A stretch of 64,000 bases of DNA from a virus (taxonomy: Duplodnaviria; Heunggongvirae; Uroviricota; Caudoviricetes): IMG/VR virus record IMGVR_UViG_3300045988_157791. One strand, given 5' to 3'. The position numbers and the translations under genes were made by a program. Below the pieces are notes generated by a model that saw only the letters and a program-made list of their open reading frames with translations, was not told the origin of the DNA and searched no databases. Positions 19,628 through 28,708 of this stretch are shown here, in pieces; the first letter of the stretch is position 1; the number at the start of each line of letters is the position of its first letter.

Positions 19628-19647
19628 GTGCTTTCCTTTTGTTATTT

Positions 19648-19700
19648 GTTAAAACAAGTTGTTTTCTAGTTACATGAATTGCTTACGAAAAGACGGTCAA
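19648..19700 (-). promoter_or_regulatory. conserved promoter/leader motif (copy g)
   Basis: TTAAAACAAGTTGTTTTCTAG. Confidence 0.5.
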
Positions 19701-19720
19701 TGCATATGCACTAACAACCG

Positions 19721-19918
19721 TCAGAAATAACCAAGTACCGAACCGACTGGAAAAACAAAAATCCCAACAACACGAGCCAAGGTCATACCAGCCTGAAACT
19801 GGAGATCACCAGAGCAAACGAGTTTTACAATGTTCGATACCCAACCGGCGGCCATGAGAGCTATGAAAGCCAGAATCGCCAGCCAAGTTTTTCCAAAGTG
19901 ATTTGAAAACCAGTTCAT
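19721..19918 (-). CDS. small membrane protein, two predicted TM helices (65 aa)
   Basis: Two hydrophobic helices. Confidence 0.4.
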   Translation of the reverse strand: MNWFSNHFGKTWLAILAFIALMAAGWVSNIVKLVCSGDLQFQAGMTLARVVGIFVFPVGSVLGYF

Positions 19919-20133
19919 ACAACCGCCTTAGTCACAGCATGATCCTGAGTAACTGGATGAACTTGAGGTATCGCATCCACCGTCATCCCATCCAGAGTGA
20001 CAGGACGCTCTACTGGAGTGGTGGTAATTGTCGTCGACGGAGGTGTGGTGATGGATGAACCCGGCATCAAAAGGCTCTGGCCGGCTGGAACGGCTATCGT
20101 CGCCAGTGAAACTATAATGAGAACGTAGGCCAT
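19915..20133 (-). CDS. small exported/signal-anchored Thr/Pro-rich protein (72 aa)
   Basis: ATG with AGAGG SD; N-terminal hydrophobic segment MAYVLIIVSLATIAVPAG. Confidence 0.35.
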   Translation of the reverse strand: MAYVLIIVSLATIAVPAGQSLLMPGSSITTPPSTTITTTPVERPVTLDGMTVDAIPQVHPVTQDHAVTKAVV

Positions 20134-20422
20134 TGGTTTCAGCCTCTTTCTTTGAAAATTTTCCATTCGAACTGTCCTTGTTGTTTTTCTCCTTCACTAA
20201 AGGCCGTGTACTTTTCGCTTCGCGTGAAGAACCAGAGGTAACAATCGCCCCCACGTTCGCAACAACTGACGCTTGCTTATCTAAACGTTCATTCAGCAAC
20301 CGAACGGCAGTCTCTAGTTCATCAAGACGTGACAGAACACGACCGCTAAATAATTCGGCCAAAATTTGACGTAGTGAACGAGGACGTTTAGTTGCAGAAG
20401 TGAAATAGGTTTGACGTGCCAT
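19928..20422 (-). CDS. hypothetical protein; C-terminal half overlaps the previous gene in another frame
   Basis: N-terminal about 90 aa looks protein-like; C-terminal Ser/Cys/His-rich part may be out-of-frame read-through. Confidence 0.3.
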   Translation of the reverse strand: MARQTYFTSATKRPRSLRQILAELFSGRVLSRLDELETAVRLLNERLDKQASVVANVGAIVTSGSSREAKSTRPLVKEKNNKDSSNGKFSKKEAETNGLRSHYSFTGDDSRSSRPEPFDAGFIHHHTSVDDNYHHSSRASCHSGWDDGGCDTSSSSSYSGSCCD

Positions 20423-20567
20423 GTGGACTCCATCCAGTGTCAGAAAGAGTTGCGGCTGGCGATTGCCAGCCGCCTTTCTCGTTCCATCCTGGAACTGTGT
20501 CTTACCGACACATTGTCATCCTGACGCCGATAAGATACATGATTTAAAATGATAGGTAAACACTTAC

Positions 20568-21161
20568 TTACTGTTTGTTGTAAACAAAACCAATATCTTT
20601 CTTGTGAGGCATATCTGCTGCGGAAAAAGCTGCGATCTTCGCGAGTCGATCACATATTTCATTTTCACGATGCCCGGCGTGACCTTTAACCCACTTCCAG
20701 CGAACATTATGTCGACTTGCAGCCTCATCCAGACGCTTCCACAGATCAACATTCTTTACCGGTTTTTTGTCAGAAGTCACCCATCCATTGCGTTTCCACC
20801 ATTTCATCCACTGTGTCATGCCGTTTTTCAGATACTGGCTATCAGAGTGCAAAATAACGTTGCATGGATATTTCAAACGCTCCAGCCCGATAAGTGCCCC
20901 CATCATCTCCATGCGGTTATTGGTGGTGCTATGAAAACCATCTGAGAACTCGCGTTCCTCACCACGATACTGGAGAACTATACCGTAACCGCCCGGGCCA
21001 CCCGGATTTTTAAGGCAAGAGCCATCACTGAAGATTTTCACGGTTTTAAGCTGGGGATTGAACTCTACGACAGGCGTTGTGGAATTGGTGCGGGGAGAAT
21101 TTTTGTTTTTGGCTTTTTTGCGAGTTTTTTCTTGCGATCGGGCTGGTGTCTTCGTCGTCAT
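20568..21161 (-). CDS. ribonuclease H (RnhA-like) with basic N-terminal extension
   Basis: Aligns with E. coli RNase HI as I recall it ([37 protein letters not shown]); ATG with AGGAG SD. Confidence 0.8.
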   Translation of the reverse strand: MTTKTPARSQEKTRKKAKNKNSPRTNSTTPVVEFNPQLKTVKIFSDGSCLKNPGGPGGYGIVLQYRGEEREFSDGFHSTTNNRMEMMGALIGLERLKYPCNVILHSDSQYLKNGMTQWMKWWKRNGWVTSDKKPVKNVDLWKRLDEAASRHNVRWKWVKGHAGHRENEICDRLAKIAAFSAADMPHKKDIGFVYNKQ

Positions 21162-21164
21162 ATA

Positions 21165-21745
21165 AACTCCTGAATCAAGCGCCGCGCCGATTTTTTTCCT
21201 CGCGCGTGCGCACACGCGTGCGTGTTAATAATTATTAAAATAAACAAATTACTTCCCAGAACAGGTTTTTATAAACCTGAACTGAACGAACGAAGTGAGT
21301 GAAGTTCACCTCGAACGAAGTGAGAGGTTGTCTTTTCAGGTAATACTCTCCCAGGGAGGTGAGTATAAAAATCCCTCACCAACCTGGTCGTTTCATAACC
21401 TGAAAAGTTATGGCCTAAGTCTACTGCCAGCTTAGACTTGGGAAGTTATGGATGACAGCACCCCAGAACCGAGATCTTCCCACACTTTATGAAGGGGAGT
21501 ACTGGATTCAACCTCTCGAAACACCCCAGACTCGACAATCATAAAGTGACCCTTGTCTCCGCTCACTTTGGTTCCCCCTTCCCCGACACCTAAACGGCAC
21601 CGGTTCTACGCTGGTAGTGAGCTTTTTTAAACCTGACGCCAGTGACGCTTACCCCCACCCATCAGGTCGAGTCTCCAGTCTACGACTGGAAACTATCAGA
21701 TCTTAGCACTTACAATTCACTTTATGAATAGTTTGTACTTATCTA
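21165..21745. other. 0.58-kb ORF-free region dense in hairpins and short direct repeats (candidate structured RNA or cis-acting site)
   Basis: No ORF of 60 aa or more; palindromes CACGCGTG, CAGGTTTtataAAACCTG, GTGAAGTTCAC, CTCCCAGGGAG, GGTGAG..CTCACC, CCAGTCtacGACTGG; GAACGAAGTGAG x2. Confidence 0.4.
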
Positions 21746-21976
21746 TCATTTCGATTGATTATTTTCTCGACCATGTAGTTGAACATTCAAGGCAAACACC
21801 TCGTTAATCAACTCACCTAAAAGCTGTTCAACAAGTTCGCGATGCTCCCCAAGATGCAAGCACTTAATTGCCCATTCGTACAAGTTGAAAGCCTGCTCGC
21901 GATCTTTCATCATTTCACGGGCCTGGGCCAGAAAATCGCTCTCTACGAGCGCAACGACATTAGTCGGGTATGACAT
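21746..21976 (-). CDS. hypothetical protein (76 aa)
   Basis: ATG with AAGGAAA SD. Confidence 0.4.
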   Translation of the reverse strand: MSYPTNVVALVESDFLAQAREMMKDREQAFNLYEWAIKCLHLGEHRELVEQLLGELINEVFALNVQLHGRENNQSK

Positions 21977-22161
21977 GTTAGTTTCCTTAAAGTGATTCAT
22001 AAAATCGATTTTAAAGCGTCTGGGAAGGGGTTCTAGTGGATTCTGTAGTGATGTTCAGGTCTGGAGTCTCTGATACAAAACAGCCTGCTTCCGTATATTA
22101 ATAATTAATATGTAGTTATTTATATATACAGAAGCAGGCTAATTACAGACGCCAGAACAAA

Positions 22162-22755
22162 CTAAGCAGCCTTCTTTGATGGTCTTTTTTTCCTGATCAC
22201 ATTCGCAGGATCATACCCTCCCAGACTTTTCATGACGTCCAAAGGGATCTTGCTTATAGAGTGCCCAGCGTCCTGACAGAATCCTCGAAAAACAACGAGC
22301 ATACTGCCACCTGGGTTGATGTTTACTTCTACCTGACCCAGATTGACGTCAGGCTCGACAAACGCTACGCGGCCACCAGACAGAATAATCGTCTCATTCG
22401 CACACTCTGTTGCACGCTCATACCACTTTGTATCTAGGGATTGAGGAATTAGCATCACTGTTGTAACTCCGCGAGCCTGCTCACGTATAGCCGCATCAAT
22501 CCAGGGGGAGATTTTGGAGTAGGGTGGATTGAGGAAGGCAATTGTACCTGGCTGTCCCCATTCAGATTTCAAAGCATCACGCTCAACGCCTATGAAATTA
22601 GGCAGCTTTGCATTGTCCTTGTTGCAGGCAACGTCAACATCAAATGTCACTCCAAGATAACGTTGAATGGCAGAAAACAGCCAGTCAGGTGTTCTCCAGA
22701 GGTCACGAAGAGAGTTGTCGCGCTTTCGCTGTTTGATTTTTTCGGCTGCAATCAT
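22162..22755 (-). CDS. phage-type DNA N6-adenine methyltransferase (Dam-like, 197 aa)
   Basis: NPPY catalytic motif (IAFLNPPYSK) in a small phage Dam-family architecture. Confidence 0.7.
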   Translation of the reverse strand: MIAAEKIKQRKRDNSLRDLWRTPDWLFSAIQRYLGVTFDVDVACNKDNAKLPNFIGVERDALKSEWGQPGTIAFLNPPYSKISPWIDAAIREQARGVTTVMLIPQSLDTKWYERATECANETIILSGGRVAFVEPDVNLGQVEVNINPGGSMLVVFRGFCQDAGHSISKIPLDVMKSLGGYDPANVIRKKRPSKKAA

Positions 22756-22831
22756 CTTCTTTCTCGATAGGTAAGTAAATACCTATTTTTGCATTTGATT
22801 TTATGTCTGGCAATCAAATAAAACGCGCCAG

Positions 22832-22900
22832 AAATGCAAACGAGAAGCTCTCTGGCGCGTTTTTGTGGTGCTGGGTATGTGATTGGCTTACCCAGCACTA
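22832..22900 (-). terminator. tandem hairpins, the distal one a rho-independent terminator
   Basis: CGCGCCAGAG...TCTGGCGCG followed by a U-run on the minus strand; second hairpin GTGCTGGGTA...TACCCAGCAC. Confidence 0.6.
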
Positions 22901-22938
22901 TAAAGCTCTCTATGGGCTTTATTTTCAGTAGGGGAACG

Positions 22939-23748
22939 TCATCCAATAGTGTACTCCGCGACAAACTTCTTAACGATCGGTGATTCTTCGTTCAATGTTA
23001 GATTTCCACCGCCTCTAACGGCAATTCCTGTCGCTGGAAATACAGCCATCATTTGCCCAGCCTGAGTTGACGCAGTGTTAAGCGGATACGGTTTTTCTGG
23101 ATTGCTCATTAAAGCAATCTTAATACTATTACTTGTAGCCTTCTTTTCTGTGAGAAGGTGTCTCATGGAAATTACCGTGTAAACACTAATATCTGGACCT
23201 CCGCTAAACCAATTAAGAAGGTTTAATATCTTATCCTTTGCTTTGACAGGCGCGTTATCGTAAGCGTCTAAGAAAATATCTTTTTCTAAGCCCGCTTTAT
23301 TGAAAAACGAATCATCTTTATCACTTAAAGTAAAACGAGGACCTCTTGCAGTACGAGCTTTTTTATTTGTATTGCTATCATTTGACTGTTGAACTTTTAA
23401 TTCATCATTAACCTCAACACACTCTTCAACCTCAATAAATCCCAATTGTTCTGGCTCGTTTTCGGCAGCTTCAACACTTTCAGCGTTAATTACGTTTATA
23501 GGCTCATGCGCTAACTCCAACTCATTTAAAGCAGAGCTGAAATCACCTGCTTTTTCTTCATTGAACAGTTCTTCGGCAACATCATCAGAACTCATGGCTA
23601 CGCCAGCATCTAGGCCGAGCAGCAGATCGTCAATATCATCAGTATTTTCAACCTGTGCAGCTTTTTTTACTGGTTCATCAAGTGATTGCAACATGGCTGT
23701 CAGCTCGTCCAGATCATCATTTGTCATTACATTTTCAACCGAACTCAT
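22939..23748 (-). CDS. acidic hypothetical protein (269 aa)
   Basis: ORF; Asp/Glu-rich N-terminal half. Confidence 0.5.
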   Translation of the reverse strand: MSSVENVMTNDDLDELTAMLQSLDEPVKKAAQVENTDDIDDLLLGLDAGVAMSSDDVAEELFNEEKAGDFSSALNELELAHEPINVINAESVEAAENEPEQLGFIEVEECVEVNDELKVQQSNDSNTNKKARTARGPRFTLSDKDDSFFNKAGLEKDIFLDAYDNAPVKAKDKILNLLNWFSGGPDISVYTVISMRHLLTEKKATSNSIKIALMSNPEKPYPLNTASTQAGQMMAVFPATGIAVRGGGNLTLNEESPIVKKFVAEYTIG

Positions 23749-23906
23749 GTAAGTCTCCTTCTGTTTGGTTACATTTGCGTTTCGATGGCTACATTTTGAC
23801 TAAACCTATCAGGCGGAAAAGTATTAAATACAGGCAGGAAATGATTGAAAGGCGACTGTTCTTTAAAAGAAAGCCTACTTTAAACTTTTTAAAGTAGGCT
23901 TTTGTT

Positions 23907-24464
23907 TTACACAATTTCAGAGGGTAATTTAAAAAATCCGTACTTATTACGTGCCTTAAAGAAGCATTGCATCATTAAGTTTGTGTCATATAAGGCACTA
24001 TGTGCTTTGGCATGATCGTATATAAAGCCAAGAGAGAAGGCCAACTCTTCAAGGCGGGGACGTTTACCGTCTTCTGTGGCCCACAATCCCGATAACATAG
24101 TATCTATAACAGGAACTTCTGGCAGTCTTACTCCATACCCTGAAAACTCGTGTCGAATAAATGGTATATCAAATGCTTCGCCGTTATGAGCAACCCACAC
24201 ACTACATGCCCCCATATAAGCGCCAATTTCGCTGGCATGATTTGACAACAAAGGTTCAGCTGCGAGCTGTTCCAATGAAATGCCATGAACGGCTTGAGCT
24301 TTCGGATCTATGTTTCTGCGAGGGTTAAAACGCATCTCCAGACTATCAATATGTCTCTGTGTCTCCAGTTCATAGCGGGTAATTGCGATTTCAATAATTT
24401 TATGACCAGCAAGGAAATCCAGTCCCGTAGACTCGATATCGATGCCTGCAACAATCGTTGTCAT
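23907..24464 (-). CDS. DnaQ-like 3'-5' exonuclease (DEDDh)
   Basis: Exo motifs DIESTG, HNGEAFD, HSALYD. Confidence 0.7.
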   Translation of the reverse strand: MTTIVAGIDIESTGLDFLAGHKIIEIAITRYELETQRHIDSLEMRFNPRRNIDPKAQAVHGISLEQLAAEPLLSNHASEIGAYMGACSVWVAHNGEAFDIPFIRHEFSGYGVRLPEVPVIDTMLSGLWATEDGKRPRLEELAFSLGFIYDHAKAHSALYDTNLMMQCFFKARNKYGFFKLPSEIV

Positions 24465-24473
24465 CAGAACTCC

Positions 24474-24893
24474 TTACAACTTCTTAGCGCCCTTAAGTAG
24501 TGCGCTACGTACAAATTGAGCCGCTTTTTTCAAAGTTTCTTCACTGGTTTCACAGACAATCGGATCTTTCCACTTACCTGACACAGTGTTGAGAATATTG
24601 ATTTGGTTGCTATCCAGACAAACAGAGATATAAAGCACCGAGCCACCAGCCAGCATCAAATGCATAGGAAACAGAGGCTTTTTACTGCCTTCACTGAACT
24701 GAGACATGGCGATGTTAATGGCTTCACCCACTTGTGTACCAACAAGCCCCTGCGCAGTTTCGAATATGGCACGAATAGCCAGACGAGCCTCTCGATCGCT
24801 CATAAGCGACCGGGAATGTTCGTCCGCTACACGAATCAAAGCCTCTGTTGTTTTCCGATCCAGTTCATCTTCAAGCAACATTTCACTAAACAT
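24474..24893 (-). CDS. hypothetical protein (139 aa)
   Basis: ORF. Confidence 0.45.
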   Translation of the reverse strand: MFSEMLLEDELDRKTTEALIRVADEHSRSLMSDREARLAIRAIFETAQGLVGTQVGEAINIAMSQFSEGSKKPLFPMHLMLAGGSVLYISVCLDSNQINILNTVSGKWKDPIVCETSEETLKKAAQFVRSALLKGAKKL

Positions 24894-24954
24894 TTTTTAT
24901 CCTTAACCCATTTTGAGAGTTTTATTGTCGCAATGTCGAAGAGGCGAACAATTT

Positions 24955-25599
24955 CTAATGAACGGTCACTCGGCCACAGAACCGGTTTTCTATCTTTTCT
25001 ACAGCGTTATCTAGCATTCTCATCACTGATCTGGCTCTTGCTTCAACCGTGCGATATCGGTTGGAAACGACGAAGGTTTGCAGATCTCCCCTTTGCGGAT
25101 GCAGGTGAATTTTTGTCAGTTCCCCGCACATCAACGCATCAATACGAGCGACATACAGACGGTCTAATGATGCTCGTTGTGATCGCAAGTAATCTCGCTC
25201 TGAGAGAGCGACTCCCGGGCGTAAGCCAGCAATGGCGTTAAAGTTTGAAATAGCAGTTTTGTGGCAAAACTTTTCGATATCGAGGGCTAACTCAATACAC
25301 CGATCTTCATTTGTATGGCCGACCAAATCCAACGTGTAGGCCATAACATCAGCAGGTGTGCGATCGATAACAAAGCCTTCAACACCACGCGTAAGTAGCT
25401 CTATATGCTTTGCTATTTCCATTTGAATCTGAAGCCGCTCATATAGAGGCATAGAATCACCTACTCGAACACCGAGGCGGCTCATCAAACTTCCGACACC
25501 AGCATCCACGTAAGGGATTCCGTAATGTTTGTCGATATATTTAGCCAGGGTTGTTTTCCCACTGCCCTGAGCACCAGTGATCCCAATCCGGTAATCCAT
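24955..25599 (-). CDS. P-loop NTPase, putative nucleoside/nucleotide kinase
   Basis: Walker A GITGAQGSGKTT at the N-terminus; located in the nucleotide-metabolism block. Confidence 0.5.
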   Translation of the reverse strand: MDYRIGITGAQGSGKTTLAKYIDKHYGIPYVDAGVGSLMSRLGVRVGDSMPLYERLQIQMEIAKHIELLTRGVEGFVIDRTPADVMAYTLDLVGHTNEDRCIELALDIEKFCHKTAISNFNAIAGLRPGVALSERDYLRSQRASLDRLYVARIDALMCGELTKIHLHPQRGDLQTFVVSNRYRTVEARARSVMRMLDNAVEKIENRFCGRVTVH

Positions 25600-26075
25600 T
25601 ACGACCTTCTGTATACGATCTGCGAAAAGCCAGGCTCTTCCTCGCTGGCTCGTTGGGTATAAGCTGTTTCAACAGGCACAAAGCCTAAATTACGCATCAT
25701 GCTTGCCGGGAAGAATGCATCGGCGTTTGGCACATCAACGCCGATGTGGGAGAGCCAAATCTCTTCAACATGCGGCATGAATAGCGAGTAAATTTGTTCC
25801 CCGCCAATCACCCACACAGGCTCTGGTAATCGCAACACATCATCCACACCAGCAGGGTAGAATCCATTTGGTACAAAGCCATGAGAGCGCGTCAAAACGA
25901 GGTTATGACGCTCTGGAAGAGGGCGTTTGAGACTTTCCATCGTTTTACGCCCCATAACGACAGTGGCGTTTTTGGTGAGTCTCTTAAATAGCTTCAGATC
26001 GGTAGAACAACGCCAGGGGAGTTCATTCGCTATGCCGATCTCATAGTTACGGCCAACAGCAGCGATCATCTTCAT
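25599..26075 (-). CDS. dihydrofolate reductase
   Basis: MIAAVGRNYEIGIANELPW, VMGRKTMESL, VIGGEQIY align to E. coli FolA as I recall it. Confidence 0.8.
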   Translation of the reverse strand: MKMIAAVGRNYEIGIANELPWRCSTDLKLFKRLTKNATVVMGRKTMESLKRPLPERHNLVLTRSHGFVPNGFYPAGVDDVLRLPEPVWVIGGEQIYSLFMPHVEEIWLSHIGVDVPNADAFFPASMMRNLGFVPVETAYTQRASEEEPGFSQIVYRRS

Positions 26076-26485
26076 TTGCTCACCTCATAGATGACCGGTC
26101 GATGGTGAGAGTCGGCTAAAGCGGCACGGAGTCGAGGATCGTGCACCAGCGCAGCGATAAGCAGATCGCCTTTATGCTCCGCTAATGTGCGCTTAATATG
26201 CTTCTCATAACTGGTGCCATTCGGTACGAGATGAAGCCAGTCATAATCAACGCCAAAATCTTTCAGCCATCGTTTAGTTGGCGCTTCAAGAGTTTCAGAG
26301 CGGCTACTGATAAGCACCACTTCAGCCCCTGAGCGAGCAAAACCACGCAACATACGGCTGGTGGGGAAAATGAGTTCATCACCGGCAATGAGCTGGCCTG
26401 CATCCGCGTCAGATACTGATTTACGATGGCTGGCATTTGCCAGCACACCTTCAATTTCGCATAAGACATACATACCTCTTGCCAT
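26072..26485 (-). CDS. hypothetical protein, weak HAD-like pattern
   Basis: Start placed at MARGMYVL; a DxDG-like position reads EIEG, so catalytic competence is doubtful. Confidence 0.3.
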   Translation of the reverse strand: MARGMYVLCEIEGVLANASHRKSVSDADAGQLIAGDELIFPTSRMLRGFARSGAEVVLISSRSETLEAPTKRWLKDFGVDYDWLHLVPNGTSYEKHIKRTLAEHKGDLLIAALVHDPRLRAALADSHHRPVIYEVSK

Positions 26486-26486
26486 A

Positions 26487-27590
26487 TCACACCGCCACTG
26501 GAACCTTGATCCACGATAGAGGGTCATAGCCAAGAATTAAAACCTCGTCCCATTTGAAATCATCCAACTCTGACCATTCATGAGGGAAAATAACGACCGG
26601 ATCTGAATGCTCTGGAGCCTGTCGTTTCATTAGCTCACACACACCTTCCATGTGGTTGTTGTACAAATGCACGTCAAAGCCAAAATGCACAAATGCACCG
26701 GCCATGTGACCCGTAATCTTCGCGAGAAAATGAGTGAGAATGCCATAGCCAGCAATATTGAATGGCATACCAACAAAAGTGTCTACGCTACGCTGTACGA
26801 GGCAGGAGTTGAGGATGCGTTTGGGGATTCCAAGTTCATCCAGTTCAGCTTCAGTAACACTGCCGTCCATCTCCAGATCGTATAGCATCTTGGTGTAGAT
26901 AGACTCGTAACCGAGGCGACTGTGTTGAAGACCAATGTCAGTTGCCATCGTTAAACGGGTTTCAAAATCCAGCTCACGACTCCACAAAGAGAAGACAAAG
27001 TGGCAAGGTGGCAGTTTCATATCCTCAAGCTCGCCTACGTTCCATGCGTTAAGCATGATGCGACGATCGGTAGGGTTCGTGCGCAGTGTATCGACAATAC
27101 GCTGTAGCTGATCGATTTCACGGGACAGCACTACGCGATCTTCACTGATACCCAGGTATCCCTCGACTTTGTACCCGCGTTCACGGAAAGTAGCGATCTT
27201 GCTCAGATATTCACTATGGCTCACGATGCGGGTATCTTCCCATCGACGCCACTGCTTACCGTAAACCGGCCCCAAATCGCCATTCTCATCGGCCCATGCA
27301 TCCCAAATCTTAACGCCGTTATCCTTGAGAAATTGGATGTTGCCCGTGCCTTTCAGATACCACTCAAGTTCGACAAGCAGTGGCTTAAGATTTACCGCCT
27401 TTCCAGAAATAAGCGGCACAGTCCCACCAGTAAGCATGTAGTAAGAGGGAACGTAGCAGGTGCTTAAAGTACCAGTGCCTGTGCGATCATCAGCCTGCAC
27501 GCCGCTTTTAAGCACCGTCTCAATAACTTTTGCATACGATGCGTTTGTTACCTGACCGTTCGTATGCTCACGATTCAAAAGGAGTGACAC
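26487..27590 (-). CDS. thymidylate synthase family enzyme with two large insertions (start uncertain, probably GTG)
   Basis: DRTGTGT, WADENGDLGPVYGKQWR, AWNVGELEDMKLPPCHF (catalytic Cys), QRSVDTFVGMPFNIAGY, GYDP..IK.PVAV; about 100 residues more than E. coli ThyA. Confidence 0.8.
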   Translation of the reverse strand: MSLLLNREHTNGQVTNASYAKVIETVLKSGVQADDRTGTGTLSTCYVPSYYMLTGGTVPLISGKAVNLKPLLVELEWYLKGTGNIQFLKDNGVKIWDAWADENGDLGPVYGKQWRRWEDTRIVSHSEYLSKIATFRERGYKVEGYLGISEDRVVLSREIDQLQRIVDTLRTNPTDRRIMLNAWNVGELEDMKLPPCHFVFSLWSRELDFETRLTMATDIGLQHSRLGYESIYTKMLYDLEMDGSVTEAELDELGIPKRILNSCLVQRSVDTFVGMPFNIAGYGILTHFLAKITGHMAGAFVHFGFDVHLYNNHMEGVCELMKRQAPEHSDPVVIFPHEWSELDDFKWDEVLILGYDPLSWIKVPVAV

Positions 27591-27761
27591 AAAAACCTCA
27601 CAAAGATAAGTAACCACTTATTCATTGCGTGAGTTTACATTTATTGAGAGAACAAGACCAGATAGATAAAAAAATGGTGGCCATAGGCCACCAAAAACGA
27701 ATAGTTGTTTCAGAAATTTAACGCGCCAACGCAATATACACAGATAGATAACTACCTACAA

Positions 27762-28631
27762 TTATTTTTTGATCATTCCGTACATTGCTGAGGCTTTAGC
27801 TTGCTCAACAAAGGAGGATAAATCGACATCACTATAGGTTGGAGACTTCAGAATCTTTCCATCGGAAATTCGAAAACCGATCATCTTATCGGTGCCATCA
27901 GCATGGCGGAATCCCAGATCTGAAGAGTCGTATTTGCAGTTGGCCACAGCCTGGCGACGTTCCTCAACATCAGCAGGCCATAATTTTGTCATGTTAGACC
28001 GATGAATTTCGCCAACCAGCTCGACTACATTGATACCGAGGAAATCAGCCAGTCGATAGGTCATCATGCACGCCACATAGATTTTGTTCATGACACGGCG
28101 CAGTTCCTGAATCAGCTCAGAATCCTTAACAGTCTTGTTCTCAAGTTTATCTGCCAGCTCTTCGAGCATACATGACGCCTCACGAGCTTCCTGAAATGGC
28201 ATTGCCATATCATCGAAAACAGTGTTACCGGGCACAAAAATTGTCTGCATAAAGCGATCAATGCTCTGTTCCTGCGTGTAATAGGTCATGCCGGTAGAAA
28301 TACCACCTTTGATGGCGACCATCGTACCAACACCAACGTATAAAAAGTCGGCCATTGCATCCAGCAGTTGCTCAATATCCCCATTCATTGCGGCTGGAAT
28401 ACCTTCCACTACAGCTTCTTCATGAATCAGGCTTGCACGGAGACGAAGCAGCTCTGGTGTCGGCATAACGCGTCTCGGATGCTGGAAGAGTTCATGAAAC
28501 TGATCGACCATCTTGTAAATACTTTCAGTAGCTACACCATGACCTTCATGCAACTCATATGGTTCTGGCTTAAATCCAATGAGTCGATCGGTGGCAAGTT
28601 TCAGGTGGTCAGTCAGTTTGGTAAAGTTCAT
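27762..28631 (-). CDS. hypothetical protein (289 aa)
   Basis: ORF in the nucleotide-metabolism block. Confidence 0.45.
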   Translation of the reverse strand: MNFTKLTDHLKLATDRLIGFKPEPYELHEGHGVATESIYKMVDQFHELFQHPRRVMPTPELLRLRASLIHEEAVVEGIPAAMNGDIEQLLDAMADFLYVGVGTMVAIKGGISTGMTYYTQEQSIDRFMQTIFVPGNTVFDDMAMPFQEAREASCMLEELADKLENKTVKDSELIQELRRVMNKIYVACMMTYRLADFLGINVVELVGEIHRSNMTKLWPADVEERRQAVANCKYDSSDLGFRHADGTDKMIGFRISDGKILKSPTYSDVDLSSFVEQAKASAMYGMIKK

Positions 28632-28708
28632 GCTAGTTTTGTTCCTTCTTAATTCTTGTGATCCATTGTGGCCCAGCGTTGCCAGGCCACATAATGCTTT
28701 GTATCGGT

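Noticed and set aside
21165-21745. Group I intron or retron msr/msd
   Set aside because: No split host gene flanks it, no recognisable conserved intron core elements were seen, and no reverse transcriptase gene is adjacent; left as an unassigned structured region.
22752-22964. 70-aa minus-strand ORF
   Set aside because: It spans two intergenic terminator hairpins between the Dam-like MTase and the upstream acidic protein gene; there is no RBS.
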